A stretch of DNA of 64,000 bases from Puniceicoccaceae bacterium (GCA_040830765.1 JBFOMH010000009.1:64001-128000); one strand, 5' to 3'. Numbered from the stretch's first letter, positions 1 to 10,282 are shown. Program-made: numbers and translations. The notes: generated by a model not told the origin, from the letters alone.

Positions 1-87
1 GGTGATAACGGGACCGAGTTGGGTCTGGGCGGAAGCCAGACTGGCTCCCACGAGGGTGAGTGCTGTTAGGAACAACTTGGTTTTCAT
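1..87 (-). CDS. Secreted protein, N-terminus only (runs off the window edge); partner gene downstream of the TBDR
   Basis: Hand translation from ATG at 87: MKTKLFLTALTLVGASLASAQTQLGPVIT, a Sec signal peptide with ASA-Q cleavage site; 36 nt after the TBDR stop; absent from the ORF track. Confidence 0.75.
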   Translation of the reverse strand, partial: MKTKLFLTALTLVGASLASAQTQLGPVIT

Positions 88-123
88 TTATATAATCGGT
101 TTGATGTTACGGTTGATTAGAAA

Positions 124-3100
124 TTACTCGAAAGTGTAGGAGAGGCTGATGGAGCCGGTGATGCCACGGGTGTAGCTCTCGTAGACAATGTTGTCGCCGT
201 CGGCCACGTCGTAGAACTTCTCGTAGGCCGGATCGAGGAGGTTCTCGAGTCCGATCTTCAGCTTCATGTTGCCGTTCAGACGCTGCGTGTAATAAAGGTT
301 CAGGCTGCCCCGGGATTTCTCGAAAACATTGCCCAGCCCGGAATTGTTGGGATTGACCACGGAGAGACGTTCACCGGTAAAGTTGTAGGAGAGATTCAGA
401 TACGTTCCCCAGTTATCATTGTCGTAGGACAGGTCGAAATTCACGAGCACCGGTGACTGACCCACCAACTGTCGGGTGCCTTCCGAGCTAAAGAAGAGTT
501 GCTCGTCCGCGGGGACAGATACTTCGGACTCAATCAGCGAAAGGTTGCCCCCGACACTGAAGTTGGAAAACCGCTCGGAAAGGCGCCCCAAGCCATAGCG
601 GGCCTCAAACTCAAGCCCGTAGACCGTCGCCTCGTCCACATTTTGGGGGACAATGTTGCCCCGCTGGAACGGCTGGATGTCGTTGTTGTCAATAACACCG
701 TCTCCATTGGTGTCGGCGCCTCCAAAGAAGAGGACCTCGATGGGGTCCTTCATCTGCTTGTAAAAGGCGGAAACAGCCACCATTTCAAGGCCCTCGATGA
801 ACCACTCCCAGCGGACATCGAAATTGTCGATAACCGTACGTGTCAGGTCAGGGTTCCCCTGGAAACGGTCACCAGTAAAAGAGTCGACAATGACCACCGG
901 GGAAAGCTCCTTGAAGGTCGGCTTGGCGATGGTCCGTCCGTAGGCCAGACGCAGGTTTTGCCTCTCATTGATGGCGTAGACAAGACTGAGGGCGGGCAGG
1001 AAGTCTTTTTCCTCAAAGCCACCTTCCCGGTTGTCGACGCCCTGCTGCTCGAGAATTTGGAGCACGTTCATCGCGTTGGTCTCGTAGCGGACCCCGGTGA
1101 TCATGCGCCACTTCTCGGCAATGGCAAAGTCGCCCATCAGGTAGAGGGCTTCCACGGAGCCATCGGCGATGTAATTGTTTCCCTCGATGCCCCGCTCAAT
1201 GAAATGGCGCCCCTCGAGGGCGGGAATAAGATTATAGGTATCAATTTCGCCATCCCCGTTCCGGTCGATGGGTATTACCTTTTCGAAGTCAAAGCCGAGA
1301 TAGGGGTCCGTGTAAATACCCTCGACCAGGGCAGTATCCGGCTGGCCCTGCCAGGTCAGGGGAGAAACCGAATAGGTAATCTCGTTGTAGTCGCGATTGG
1401 CATCGGACATCAGGGCACCCCACTTGATCTTGGACTTCTCAAGAACCGGCAGGGAGAAATCCACCTTGTATTCCTCGTTGTCCTCCACCATGTCACGATA
1501 GCGGCGCACCGGCGGATCGAGGTCGGAGGTATTGACCCGGCGGTATCGCTGTTCTTCATAATCCCATGCGGTAAAGAGCGTCCTGTAGTCCGGCTGGTCC
1601 TGGGTGCTTTCCGTCTGGGAAGCCTGCCACTTGACTTCGAGATCATTGAGACTGTTCAGAAGGTGGCGGCCATGGATCTGTCCCGAGGTCATGCCCCGCT
1701 CCGTGTAGAGGATGGACACAGCCTCAAAGAGTGTATCCCCGCTGAGGGAAGAATTAAATCCGTCTCCAACACCGTGTTTCACTTCATCCTCCGCCGATTG
1801 ATTGTGGAACATGGTAAACGAGAGCTCGTGGTTCGTCCCCGCGAGAAAGGCCAGCTTTGCGAAGGCTCCCCAGTTGACGCTGGCTATCGACCGGGTAACC
1901 CCAAAAGGGACGTCGCCTCCATATGGATCATCGAGGACGCCCCAGTATTCACGATACCATCGCAATCGGCCGAGAACTTCCGGATCGGTGGTGTAGACCT
2001 GGGCACTGTCCTTGAAGGAATCCGGGGTTTGCCAACGGGCCTCAATGCCGTTGCGGTAATGATGATAGTCACGATCCCAGGTCAGGCTGGCCGTGTAACC
2101 GAATTTACGGTCATTCTTGAAGACCAGGGTATCGCCAATCGATCCGTTGAATGAGTATGCGGGGCCGGCCTCTGCCTTTATCGGATAAAAACGGCGGGTG
2201 AACTCCCTCGTGACAGAGCCGATTTTCTCCGCAACGCTGAGGTCACCAGCGATGGCAGCCCCAACCGCCGTTGAAGTGGCACGTCCCGAAAGGACGGGGA
2301 TCTCGTCCGAGGGCACCTGTGTCCGGGGGCGGTCGTTGACCCCATCAGCCGTCCAGTTCACCCCTTCCGCACTGCGGTAAATGAATTCACCGGTGGTCTG
2401 GCTGTTGATCGAGAGGGAAGCCCCGGTCTTGAGGAAGAAGTGATCCGGGAAGGACTTGGTCTGGATATTGACCGAACCACCGGAAAAGGAACCGGGCTGG
2501 TCCGGGGTAAAGGACTTTGACGTGGAGATGGACTCCAGAAGGTCGCTGGGAAACTGGTCCATCTGCACGGCCTGACGATCCGGATCGGCACTGGGAATGC
2601 TGGCCCCGTTGAGGAGCGTGTTGGAGTAGCGATCCCCCAACCCGCGGATGTAGACATACTTGCCATCCACCACCGAAGCACCGGTTACCTTGGACATGGC
2701 CTCTGCCGCATCGCCCAACCCGAGACGGGAAAAGGCCTCCCCGCCAATGGCATCACCAATGGAAATGGAGCGCTGGCGGGACTTCAAAAGCGTGGCCTCC
2801 GTACTTTGAATGACTTCCGCCGTCACCTCGAACGCTGCCAGCTCAAAGATATCGGTTCCGTCCTCTGCGGTTGTCACTTCCGGAGTGACTGTCTTGGCCT
2901 TCTCGTCCTCTCGACGCGGTAGAGGAATGTCCAGTCGCGTGACTTCCCCTCCTGTGACCCGGACGCCCTTGACATCCTGAGGCTCGTAGCCGCCTTTGAA
3001 TACACGAACCGTGTAGGTGCCAGTGAATACGTCACTGAACCGGTAGGAACCGTTCAGATCCGTGCGTTCATAGAAGGTCGGGTCCTCAAGCAATGCAATG

Positions 3101-3246
3101 CTTGCCCCGGTGATGACTTCACCGGTTGCGGCATCGACAACCTGCCCGCTGATGCGGCCAAGGCCACTATCTCCTTCCTGCGCCTGCATAGTGACTGCTG
3201 CCCCAAGGACACCAGCATAGAAAAAAGCCAATAATCGTCTCTTCAT
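124..3246 (-). CDS. TonB-dependent receptor with N-terminal carboxypeptidase-regulatory-like domain
   Basis: Signal peptide MKRRLLAFFYAGVLGAAVTMQAQ; GRISGQVVDAATGE domain; plug motif YIRGLGDRYSNTLLNG; NPDL and ENLLD barrel motifs; C-terminal SLSYTFE. Start moved to ATG 3246. Confidence 0.92.
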   Translation of the reverse strand: MKRRLLAFFYAGVLGAAVTMQAQEGDSGLGRISGQVVDAATGEVITGASIALLEDPTFYERTDLNGSYRFSDVFTGTYTVRVFKGGYEPQDVKGVRVTGGEVTRLDIPLPRREDEKAKTVTPEVTTAEDGTDIFELAAFEVTAEVIQSTEATLLKSRQRSISIGDAIGGEAFSRLGLGDAAEAMSKVTGASVVDGKYVYIRGLGDRYSNTLLNGASIPSADPDRQAVQMDQFPSDLLESISTSKSFTPDQPGSFSGGSVNIQTKSFPDHFFLKTGASLSINSQTTGEFIYRSAEGVNWTADGVNDRPRTQVPSDEIPVLSGRATSTAVGAAIAGDLSVAEKIGSVTREFTRRFYPIKAEAGPAYSFNGSIGDTLVFKNDRKFGYTASLTWDRDYHHYRNGIEARWQTPDSFKDSAQVYTTDPEVLGRLRWYREYWGVLDDPYGGDVPFGVTRSIASVNWGAFAKLAFLAGTNHELSFTMFHNQSAEDEVKHGVGDGFNSSLSGDTLFEAVSILYTERGMTSGQIHGRHLLNSLNDLEVKWQASQTESTQDQPDYRTLFTAWDYEEQRYRRVNTSDLDPPVRRYRDMVEDNEEYKVDFSLPVLEKSKIKWGALMSDANRDYNEITYSVSPLTWQGQPDTALVEGIYTDPYLGFDFEKVIPIDRNGDGEIDTYNLIPALEGRHFIERGIEGNNYIADGSVEALYLMGDFAIAEKWRMITGVRYETNAMNVLQILEQQGVDNREGGFEEKDFLPALSLVYAINERQNLRLAYGRTIAKPTFKELSPVVIVDSFTGDRFQGNPDLTRTVIDNFDVRWEWFIEGLEMVAVSAFYKQMKDPIEVLFFGGADTNGDGVIDNNDIQPFQRGNIVPQNVDEATVYGLEFEARYGLGRLSERFSNFSVGGNLSLIESEVSVPADEQLFFSSEGTRQLVGQSPVLVNFDLSYDNDNWGTYLNLSYNFTGERLSVVNPNNSGLGNVFEKSRGSLNLYYTQRLNGNMKLKIGLENLLDPAYEKFYDVADGDNIVYESYTRGITGSISLSYTFE

Positions 3247-3318
3247 AACAATCATTCGCAGGTGACCGTTTGCCCGAATTTTCCTCCGGCAACCCCTTTC
3301 CAACAGGGAAACGGTATT

Positions 3319-3364
3319 ATCACACCAGCGTAACGCCGGCTTAACATTGTCACCTTACCGTGAC
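3319..3364 (-). promoter_or_regulatory. Array of PhoB/OmpR-like half-sites upstream of the TBDR
   Basis: Minus strand reads GTCAC-N6-GTGAC-N3-GTTAA-N6-GTTAC-N6-GTGAT, mostly 11-bp periodicity. Confidence 0.5.
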
Positions 3365-3404
3365 CTCCAGCAGCCTCTGGCTGCCTTCCGGACTGCAGCG
3401 GAAT

Positions 3405-4151
3405 CTAGAAGTCAGCCCGTCGGCGAATGACCGATGGCAGGTGGCGCAGGATGCTCATGATAATCCGCCAGTAGGCCGGGACATAAAGCCGTCCCCGTTT
3501 GCCCTTGTTGACCGCATTGACGATGCGGCGGGCGACCGGTTCCGGCTTGGCAAAGAAAAGGCCCCATTGCAGATGGGCAACCATCGGTGTGCGGACCGGC
3601 CCCGGCCGTATGTCGAGCACCTTGATGGAGGTACCGGCAAAGCGGGCATCCATCCCCTCCATGAGGGCGGAAAGACCGGCTTTGCTGGACCCGTAGACGT
3701 AATTGCTTCCCCGGCCAATGTCACCCGCGACACTGGACAGAGCAGCCAGGCAACCGGTACCTTGTTCCTCGAGCCGGTTGGCGGCCCGCATCAGCAACTC
3801 CGCTGGAACGGTAAAATTGGTCCGCAACACCGACTGGACCTTCTCCGGCGCTTCCTCCATTTCCTGGTTTTTCGGAAGGACACCGGCGGCCAGATAGAAG
3901 CAATCGACAACCCCGAGGGAAGCAAAGCCCCGCTTGATAATCGCTTCGCAGCCAGCCGGCTCGGAAATATCGAGGACTTCAGTACCAACAACCTCTCCGC
4001 CCAATTCCTTGAAGCGGGAAGCGGTTTCCTGGAGTCCCTCAGGATTGCGGGCAACCAGATAAGCACGCGCGCCAGAGGGAGCCCACAAGTCCAGACAGGA
4101 GCGGGCAATTCCGGAATTCGCACCAAGGAGAAAAATGTTGATTGCACCCAT
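3405..4151 (-). CDS. Short-chain dehydrogenase/reductase, DprE2-like subgroup
   Basis: GANSGIA nucleotide-binding motif; SSVAG and YGSSK catalytic motifs; RPGPVRTPM. Confidence 0.85.
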   Translation of the reverse strand: MGAINIFLLGANSGIARSCLDLWAPSGARAYLVARNPEGLQETASRFKELGGEVVGTEVLDISEPAGCEAIIKRGFASLGVVDCFYLAAGVLPKNQEMEEAPEKVQSVLRTNFTVPAELLMRAANRLEEQGTGCLAALSSVAGDIGRGSNYVYGSSKAGLSALMEGMDARFAGTSIKVLDIRPGPVRTPMVAHLQWGLFFAKPEPVARRIVNAVNKGKRGRLYVPAYWRIIMSILRHLPSVIRRRADF

Positions 4152-4228
4152 ATTGATCAACCGTTTGCGTGACTAAAGTGCCTCCAGCACACCACGACGA
4201 ACAAAAATTGAAGGAAATTCTCATTAGC

Positions 4229-5512
4229 ATGGAATCCCCACTGAAAATTCTGGTCATCGGCTCCGGTGGCCGCGAGCACTCGCTCCTGAAAGCTTGCTTG
4301 AAGAGTCCCATGGTTGAAAGAGCATGGGCTGCTCCCGGCAACGGCGGCATGGCCGTGGAGGCCGAATGCCACCCGCTCAATGTCGAAGACCCCGAAGCCT
4401 GCGTGGACCTCGCCCGGGAGCTCGGTGCCAATTTCGCCATCGTTGGTCCGGAAGTACCGTTGGCCCTCGGCGCTGCAGATGCCCTGCGCGAGGCGGGTAT
4501 TGCCACTTATGGCCCCGGAGCGGACGGTGCGGTTCTCGAGTCCAGCAAGGCCGCCTGCAAAGCCTTTTTCGCCAAGTATGACATTCCCACCGCGGCATGG
4601 GATACCTTCACCGAAGTTGAACCTGCCCTGGAATACCTTACGACCTGCAGCCTGCCAGTAGTCGTCAAGGCCAGCGGGTTGGCCGCCGGGAAAGGGGTCC
4701 TCATCTGTGAGACCCAGGAAGAAGCCGAAGCAGCGGTACGTGGCATGCTTGAGGGTGGCCAATTCGGGGAGAGCGGCCAGCAGGTGGTCATTGAGGAATT
4801 CCTGACGGGCCAGGAGGCCTCGATCATGGTTCTGGTATCCGGCAAGGAGTATGTCTGCCTCTCCCCCAGCCAGGACCACAAGCGGGTTGGCGAGGGCGAC
4901 ACGGGACTCAACACCGGAGGCATGGGTGCTTATGCACCGGCCGCGGTGGTTGATGAAGCGGTCATGGCCAAGGTGCGGGAATCCGTCATCGAGCCAACGC
5001 TGGACGGCTTTGAGGCCGAAGGGATTGACTTCCGGGGGACCCTTTTTGTCGGCCTGATGATCAATGATTCCGGTGAACCCAAGGTCCTCGAGTACAATGT
5101 TCGCTTTGGCGACCCAGAGTGCCAGGTGCTTTTGCCTCTCTGCGAAACGGATCCGGTCAGCCTGATGTGGGATTGCGCCAATGGCGCCCTAAAGCCGGCG
5201 GAGGTAAAATTCCACAATGAAGCGGCCATCAATGTGGTTGTCGCGGCAAAGGGCTACCCGGGGTCCTATCCCAAGGGAGACCTCATCAAGCTGCCGGATG
5301 AACTCCCCGAGGGCGTGGATATCGTCCATGCCGGGACCAAGCTCGATGAGGACGGTAACCTTCGCGCGAGCGGTGGACGGGTCCTCAGCGTGGTCGCCAT
5401 GGCCGCCAGCCTTGAGGAAGCGGCGGCAAAGGCCTACGCTGTCTGCGATGCCATTGAATGGGAAAACAAGTATTTCCGGCGTGACATCGGGCACCGGCAA
5501 CTGAAATCCTGA
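4229..5512 (+). CDS. purD: Phosphoribosylamine--glycine ligase
   Basis: ILVIGSGGREH, VGPEVPL, KASGLAAGKGV, QDHKR, GLNTGGMGAY, EYNVRFGDPE; start moved to ATG 4229. Confidence 0.97.
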   Translation: MESPLKILVIGSGGREHSLLKACLKSPMVERAWAAPGNGGMAVEAECHPLNVEDPEACVDLARELGANFAIVGPEVPLALGAADALREAGIATYGPGADGAVLESSKAACKAFFAKYDIPTAAWDTFTEVEPALEYLTTCSLPVVVKASGLAAGKGVLICETQEEAEAAVRGMLEGGQFGESGQQVVIEEFLTGQEASIMVLVSGKEYVCLSPSQDHKRVGEGDTGLNTGGMGAYAPAAVVDEAVMAKVRESVIEPTLDGFEAEGIDFRGTLFVGLMINDSGEPKVLEYNVRFGDPECQVLLPLCETDPVSLMWDCANGALKPAEVKFHNEAAINVVVAAKGYPGSYPKGDLIKLPDELPEGVDIVHAGTKLDEDGNLRASGGRVLSVVAMAASLEEAAAKAYAVCDAIEWENKYFRRDIGHRQLKS

Positions 5513-5528
5513 GCTATTTATATCAACA

Positions 5529-5810
5529 ATGAAGAGCGCGTACGAACTGGCAATGGAGCGTCTGGAGAAGGAGGATCCGCAAGGGTCTGTCTCCCTGACG
5601 GATGAGCAAAAAGCGGAACTGGATGCGATTGAGAAAAAATACCAGGCCCGGATCGCGGAAAAGGAGATTTTCCTGAAGAAGCAGCTCACGGAAGCCCGTC
5701 TGCAAGGCGACGGCCAGGCGCTTGAACAACTGGAGACACAATTGCGCAACGAGCGTCAGCGTCTCGAGGAAGAAAAGGAAGCAGCCAAGGAGAAAGTTCG
5801 CCAGGCATGA
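5529..5810 (+). CDS. Small charged coiled-coil hypothetical protein
   Basis: 93 aa beginning [18 protein letters not shown] overlap with thyA. Confidence 0.8.
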   Translation: MKSAYELAMERLEKEDPQGSVSLTDEQKAELDAIEKKYQARIAEKEIFLKKQLTEARLQGDGQALEQLETQLRNERQRLEEEKEAAKEKVRQA

Positions 5811-6607
5811 GGACCTATCTGGAGCTTCTTCAGCATGTCCTCGAGAACGGTCTGGAGAGGGAGGACCGTACGGGCGTCGGGACCCTTTCCTGCTTTGGAG
5901 CACAAAGCCGTTACGACCTCGGGGAAGGATTCCCCCTTGTCACGACCAAGAAACTGTACCTGCGGGCCATCATTCATGAGCTCCTGTGGTTTCTCAAAGG
6001 GGACACCAACATCAAGTACCTCAATGAGAACCGGGTCACCATCTGGGATGAATGGGCAGACCCCCAAGGCAACCTTGGCCGCGTCTATGGTGCTCAATGG
6101 ACCGACTGGCGCAAGCCGGACGGGGGCAGTGTCAACCAGATCGAAACGGTCATCAAGGCCATCAAGGCCAATCCGGCCAGCCGGCGGCATATTGTCTGCG
6201 CTTGGAATCCCGGGGAGCTGGAACAGATGGCCCTGCCCCCCTGCCATGCCTTTTTCCAGTTCTATGTGAATGAAAAGAAGGGTACCCTTTCCTGCCAGCT
6301 CTACCAGCGCAGCGCCGATCTCTTCCTCGGCGTTCCCTTCAACATCGCCTCCTACGCTCTATTGACGATGATGGTGGCCCAGGTGTGCGATCTCAAGCCA
6401 GGCGAATTTGTCCACACCTTCGGGGACCTGCACATCTACAAGAATCATATCGAACAGGTGAAACTGCAATTGTCCCGGGAACCACGGCCGCTGCCGGTCA
6501 TGCTCATCAATCCGGAAAGGAAGAATATCACCGACTTCGTATTCGAGGATTTCCAGCTGGAGGGCTACAACCCCCACCCGACCATCAAGGCCCCCATCGC
6601 AGTCTAA
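5807..6607 (+). CDS. thyA: Thymidylate synthase
   Basis: [42 protein letters not shown]. Confidence 0.98.
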   Translation: MRTYLELLQHVLENGLEREDRTGVGTLSCFGAQSRYDLGEGFPLVTTKKLYLRAIIHELLWFLKGDTNIKYLNENRVTIWDEWADPQGNLGRVYGAQWTDWRKPDGGSVNQIETVIKAIKANPASRRHIVCAWNPGELEQMALPPCHAFFQFYVNEKKGTLSCQLYQRSADLFLGVPFNIASYALLTMMVAQVCDLKPGEFVHTFGDLHIYKNHIEQVKLQLSREPRPLPVMLINPERKNITDFVFEDFQLEGYNPHPTIKAPIAV

Positions 6608-6640
6608 TCTTATTCTTAGCCTTAATCTTAATCTCAATCT
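6605..6640 (+). repeat. Degenerate hexamer tandem repeat (TAATCT x6)
   Basis: TAATCT TATTCT TAGCCT TAATCT TAATCT CAATCT, then CCCCCC and the folA ATG. Confidence 0.85.
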
Positions 6641-6646
6641 CCCCCC

Positions 6647-7126
6647 ATGCCCTCGCCCGCCAACCGTCCCTGGAAAGCCATTGCCGCCATGTCGGAGAAC
6701 CGGGTCATCGGTGCTGACAACAAGATCCCCTGGCACCTTCCGGAGGACTTCAAATGGGTCAAGGCTTGCACCCAGGGAAAGGCCATCGCCATGGGGCGCA
6801 AGACCTTCGAATCGATGGGACGCCCGCTTCCCAATCGCGAGAATATCGTTATCTCACGGTCGGTGACGGAAATCCCAGGATGCGTTGTCCTGCCCTCCCT
6901 TCAAGCCCTCGAGGCCTATGAAACAGATCGGGAAATCTGGATTTTCGGCGGGGCCCAGATCTATGCCGCCGCCCTCGAGCGGATTGGCGAGCTCTACCTC
7001 ACCGTGGTCAAGGGAACCTATGAGGGCGATGCCTTCTTCCCTCCCTTCGAGGACCAGTTTGGCGAACCGGAAACCATCCGCGAAACGCCCGAATTCAGGA
7101 TCCTCAAATACACCCACAAGCCCTGA
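6647..7126 (+). CDS. folA: Dihydrofolate reductase
   Basis: AMSENRVIG, IPWHLPED, MGRKTFESM, PLPNRENIVIS, GGAQIY, GDAFFP. Confidence 0.97.
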   Translation: MPSPANRPWKAIAAMSENRVIGADNKIPWHLPEDFKWVKACTQGKAIAMGRKTFESMGRPLPNRENIVISRSVTEIPGCVVLPSLQALEAYETDREIWIFGGAQIYAAALERIGELYLTVVKGTYEGDAFFPPFEDQFGEPETIRETPEFRILKYTHKP

Positions 7127-7147
7127 TCAGACTTCGTTGGTTTCCCT

Positions 7148-7948
7148 TTAAAGCGCAGCCAGATCGATCTCGGGGAAAATCAGCCGTTCCGGATCGAGGC
7201 ACTCGACCGGCCAAGGGCAATGGCCGTTGCCCATCGCTTCAAGAACACAATCAGGGCGATTGCAGTCCTTGCTCAGGTGCCCCAGCAGGACACGCCGCCA
7301 GCGGGGCTTTTCTACCGAGCAAAGAAAACGGAAGGCAGCCTCGTTGGAGAGGTGTCCATGACGGCCAGTGATGCGCTGCTTGACCGAGTATGGGCGCTTG
7401 TTGTCCTGCTCAAGGAGTGCAGCGTCGTGGTTTGCCTCAAGCACCAGGAGCTGGACGTCGCGCACCATGTCGGCCAGGGCCGGCGGAGCATGACCGAGGT
7501 CTGTAATCCAAGCGAGGCTTCCATGCGGGGAAAACAGGTCGTCTCCACCGGTCCGGAAAGTGAAGCCGACCGGTTCCATGGCATCGTGTGGCAGGAGCAT
7601 GCTCTGGACGGTCAAGTCCTTGTAGGCGAAGGTCGTTCCGGTTTCGAATATCTTCCAGCTGATGTCCCGGTTCAACTTGCTCTGGGCCACCTGGGCTGTC
7701 GCGTAATTGGCAAAAAACTGCAGGTGCCGGTGCTTGGCCAGACCGCGCAGGCCGGCTGTGTGGTCACTGTGCTCGTGGGTCAGGAAGACGGCATCGATGC
7801 TTTCGATCGGCTTGCCGATTTCCTTCAGGAGTTCCTCCAGTCGCCGCCCGCTGAAACCGGCATCCAGCAGGATCCGGGTCTGTGAGCTCTCGATGAGGGC
7901 ACAATTGCCCGAACTGCTGGTTCCGAGAATGCGGAAGCGAAGACCCAT
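7148..7948 (-). CDS. Metallo-beta-lactamase-fold hydrolase, YycJ/WalJ-like
   Basis: SSSGNC, DAG, THEHSDH, PHDA, TDLG, EANHD, GHLSN, HLSKDCN. Confidence 0.9.
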   Translation of the reverse strand: MGLRFRILGTSSSGNCALIESSQTRILLDAGFSGRRLEELLKEIGKPIESIDAVFLTHEHSDHTAGLRGLAKHRHLQFFANYATAQVAQSKLNRDISWKIFETGTTFAYKDLTVQSMLLPHDAMEPVGFTFRTGGDDLFSPHGSLAWITDLGHAPPALADMVRDVQLLVLEANHDAALLEQDNKRPYSVKQRITGRHGHLSNEAAFRFLCSVEKPRWRRVLLGHLSKDCNRPDCVLEAMGNGHCPWPVECLDPERLIFPEIDLAAL

Positions 7949-8117
7949 GGAAACTTTTTCACGCAGTCAACTCGCGGTGTCACGCAAATTCACCCGAAAA
8001 CTGGCACTTCCTCTAAAATGCCCCATATTGCTGCATGTGAAAGTGACATTCGGATGCCAAATCGAAACTTGAAGCAACCGGATCAAGGACCTAGCTTCCC
8101 TAACTCATACTATCATC

Positions 8118-9011
8118 GTGAACGCTGAATACAGACAATCGCTGCCGGACACCCAGAACCGGGACGCCACCGAGATTCTCGGGGCCAACGTCCCGATCAT
8201 GCAGGTGGGCATCTCCAATTTCCGCATCCCCCTTCGCTTCATGACTGCCAAGGGCGAACCCCTCGCCCTCGAAGCCTCCGTCACGGGAACGGTCTCCCTG
8301 TCCGCGGACAAAAAAGGGATCAACATGTCCCGCATCATGCGAGTCTTCTACGAGTTCAAGGACCGTGTTTTTACCCCCGAATTGCTGGAGGAAATCCTTC
8401 TCGCCTACAAGGAACGAATTGGTTCCAGCCGGGCCAGGCTGAAACTCGGTTTCAGCTACCCCATCATCAAGAAGAGCCTCCGCAGTGAAATGGAGGGATA
8501 CCAGTACTACGAATGTGCCTATGAAGGGGAAATCGACGACCTCGGACGGTTCCGGAAGGTGATCCATTTTGACTTTGTCTACAGTTCCGCCTGCCCTTGT
8601 GCTTCCGATCTTTCCGAGCATGCTCGCGAAACCCGTGGCCAGTACGCCATTGCCCATTCCCAGCGCAGCAAGGCCCGTCTCAGTATCGAGGTCCGAAAAG
8701 GCAAGACGCTCACGGTCGAGGACCTGCAAGCCATGTGTGACAGAGCCCTCCTGACGGAGACCCAGGTCATGGTGCGCCGGGAAGACGAGCAGGCCTTTGC
8801 CGAGCTAAATGGAGATCAAACGAAATTCGTCGAGGATGCCGCCCGACTCCTCTATGAGGCGCTGGATGCGGATCCGCGGATATTCGATTTCCAGGTGGCC
8901 TGTGCCCATCTTGAGTCCCTTCACAACCACGACGCGGTTGCCGTTATCAACAAGGGCGTCGACCGGGGCTTCTCCGGACACATCGACGATTTTCGCAGCT
9001 TGATTTGCTAA
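8118..9011 (+). CDS. folE2: GTP cyclohydrolase I type 2
   Basis: [56 protein letters not shown] start. Confidence 0.92.
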   Translation: MNAEYRQSLPDTQNRDATEILGANVPIMQVGISNFRIPLRFMTAKGEPLALEASVTGTVSLSADKKGINMSRIMRVFYEFKDRVFTPELLEEILLAYKERIGSSRARLKLGFSYPIIKKSLRSEMEGYQYYECAYEGEIDDLGRFRKVIHFDFVYSSACPCASDLSEHARETRGQYAIAHSQRSKARLSIEVRKGKTLTVEDLQAMCDRALLTETQVMVRREDEQAFAELNGDQTKFVEDAARLLYEALDADPRIFDFQVACAHLESLHNHDAVAVINKGVDRGFSGHIDDFRSLIC

Positions 9012-9059
9012 AATCCCCGGAAAGGGAATATTCTGCGTTCTGGATTCTCCACCTGATGG

Positions 9060-9605
9060 ATGAAGACGAATAAACGCACTTTCCTTATTTGTACGGCGAC
9101 CCTCGCAGGATTGCTCCTGATGGTCCCCCGCATCATCGCAGATTCAGAACATAGTCCCATGAAAGAAACGGAAAAGGCACCCGAATCGATAGACCAGCCG
9201 GACAAACTCGACTCCAGCGACTGGAAGGAGAAGTTGACTCCGGAACAGTACCATATCCTGCGCAATGCCGGAACAGAGCGACCCAATGGCGCCGTCTATG
9301 ACCAGTTCAAAAAGCAGGGCGCTGGAACCTACTACTGTGCCGGCTGTGGGACAAAGTTGTTTTCCTCCGAGCACAAGTTTGATTCCCGTTGCGGTTGGCC
9401 CTCCTTCTGGGACCCGGCGGCCATCGACAGTGTCAAGCTCCGCGTGGATGACAGTCTTGGCATGCGCCGGGTGGAAGTTGTCTGCGCCAACTGCGAAGGG
9501 CACCTGGGACATGTCTTCGAGGGCGAGGGATTCAATACCCCGACCGACCAGCGCTACTGCATCAATGGGACCGTCCTCGTCTTCGTCCCTGAAGACAAGG
9601 ACTAG
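9060..9605 (+). CDS. msrB: Peptide-methionine (R)-S-oxide reductase with N-terminal signal/anchor
   Basis: [38 protein letters not shown]; two CxxC motifs; hydrophobic N-terminus. Confidence 0.95.
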   Translation: MKTNKRTFLICTATLAGLLLMVPRIIADSEHSPMKETEKAPESIDQPDKLDSSDWKEKLTPEQYHILRNAGTERPNGAVYDQFKKQGAGTYYCAGCGTKLFSSEHKFDSRCGWPSFWDPAAIDSVKLRVDDSLGMRRVEVVCANCEGHLGHVFEGEGFNTPTDQRYCINGTVLVFVPEDKD

Positions 9606-10282
9606 ATATCCCGCGCCGCCCAGCGAGCTGCATTGTAGATGACCTTCTGCACCTGCGGGTGGTGGTATATGGGATAGGTTTCATGCCCCGGGCGAAAGTA
9701 GAAGATCCGCCCCTTGCCGCGCGTCCAGCAATTGCCGCTGCGGAAGACTTCACCTCCCTCGAACCAGGAAACAAAGACCTGCTCCTCCGGGGCGGGAATA
9801 TCGAAGGGCTCGCCGTACATTTCTGTATTCACTAGTTCGATACAGTCATCAATCCCGGCGGCAATCGGATGACCAGGGTTGGCCACCCAGATCCTTTCCT
9901 TTTTCCCGTCCTCCCGCCAACGCAGGGTACATTCCGTCCCCATAAGCGAAATGAAGATTTTCGAGAAGTGGCCCGAATGGAGGACAATCAGTCCCATGCC
10001 CTCAAGGACCCGTTGCCTGACCCGCTCCACGATAACATCATCCACCTCGTGATGCGCCCGGTGTCCCCACCAGAGGAGAACATCGGTCCGGTCAAGCACC
10101 TCCTGCTGCAGCCCGTGCTCAGCCAGGTCCATTGTGGCCGTGTTGACGGACAGCCGGTGATCGGGGTCGTGACTTCGAAGTCCCTCAGCGATGGCATTAT
10201 GGATACCGCCGGGATAGACTTCCTGTACCCGCGAATCGTCCTTCTCATGAAGGTATTCGTTCCAGACCAGTGTGCGTATCAT
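9602..10282 (-). CDS. thuA: ThuA-family (trehalose utilisation, GATase-like) protein
   Basis: [57 protein letters not shown]. Confidence 0.88.
   Translation of the reverse strand: MIRTLVWNEYLHEKDDSRVQEVYPGGIHNAIAEGLRSHDPDHRLSVNTATMDLAEHGLQQEVLDRTDVLLWWGHRAHHEVDDVIVERVRQRVLEGMGLIVLHSGHFSKIFISLMGTECTLRWREDGKKERIWVANPGHPIAAGIDDCIELVNTEMYGEPFDIPAPEEQVFVSWFEGGEVFRSGNCWTRGKGRIFYFRPGHETYPIYHHPQVQKVIYNAARWAARDI

Noticed and set aside
499..2154. 551-aa plus-strand ORF
   Set aside because: Antisense shadow of the TBDR with no recognisable motifs; expected from codon bias in GC-rich genes
8035..8049. Imperfect palindrome ATGTGA-aag-TGACAT before folE2 as a Zur box
   Set aside because: Length and core do not match Zur consensus sequences I know; too short to support
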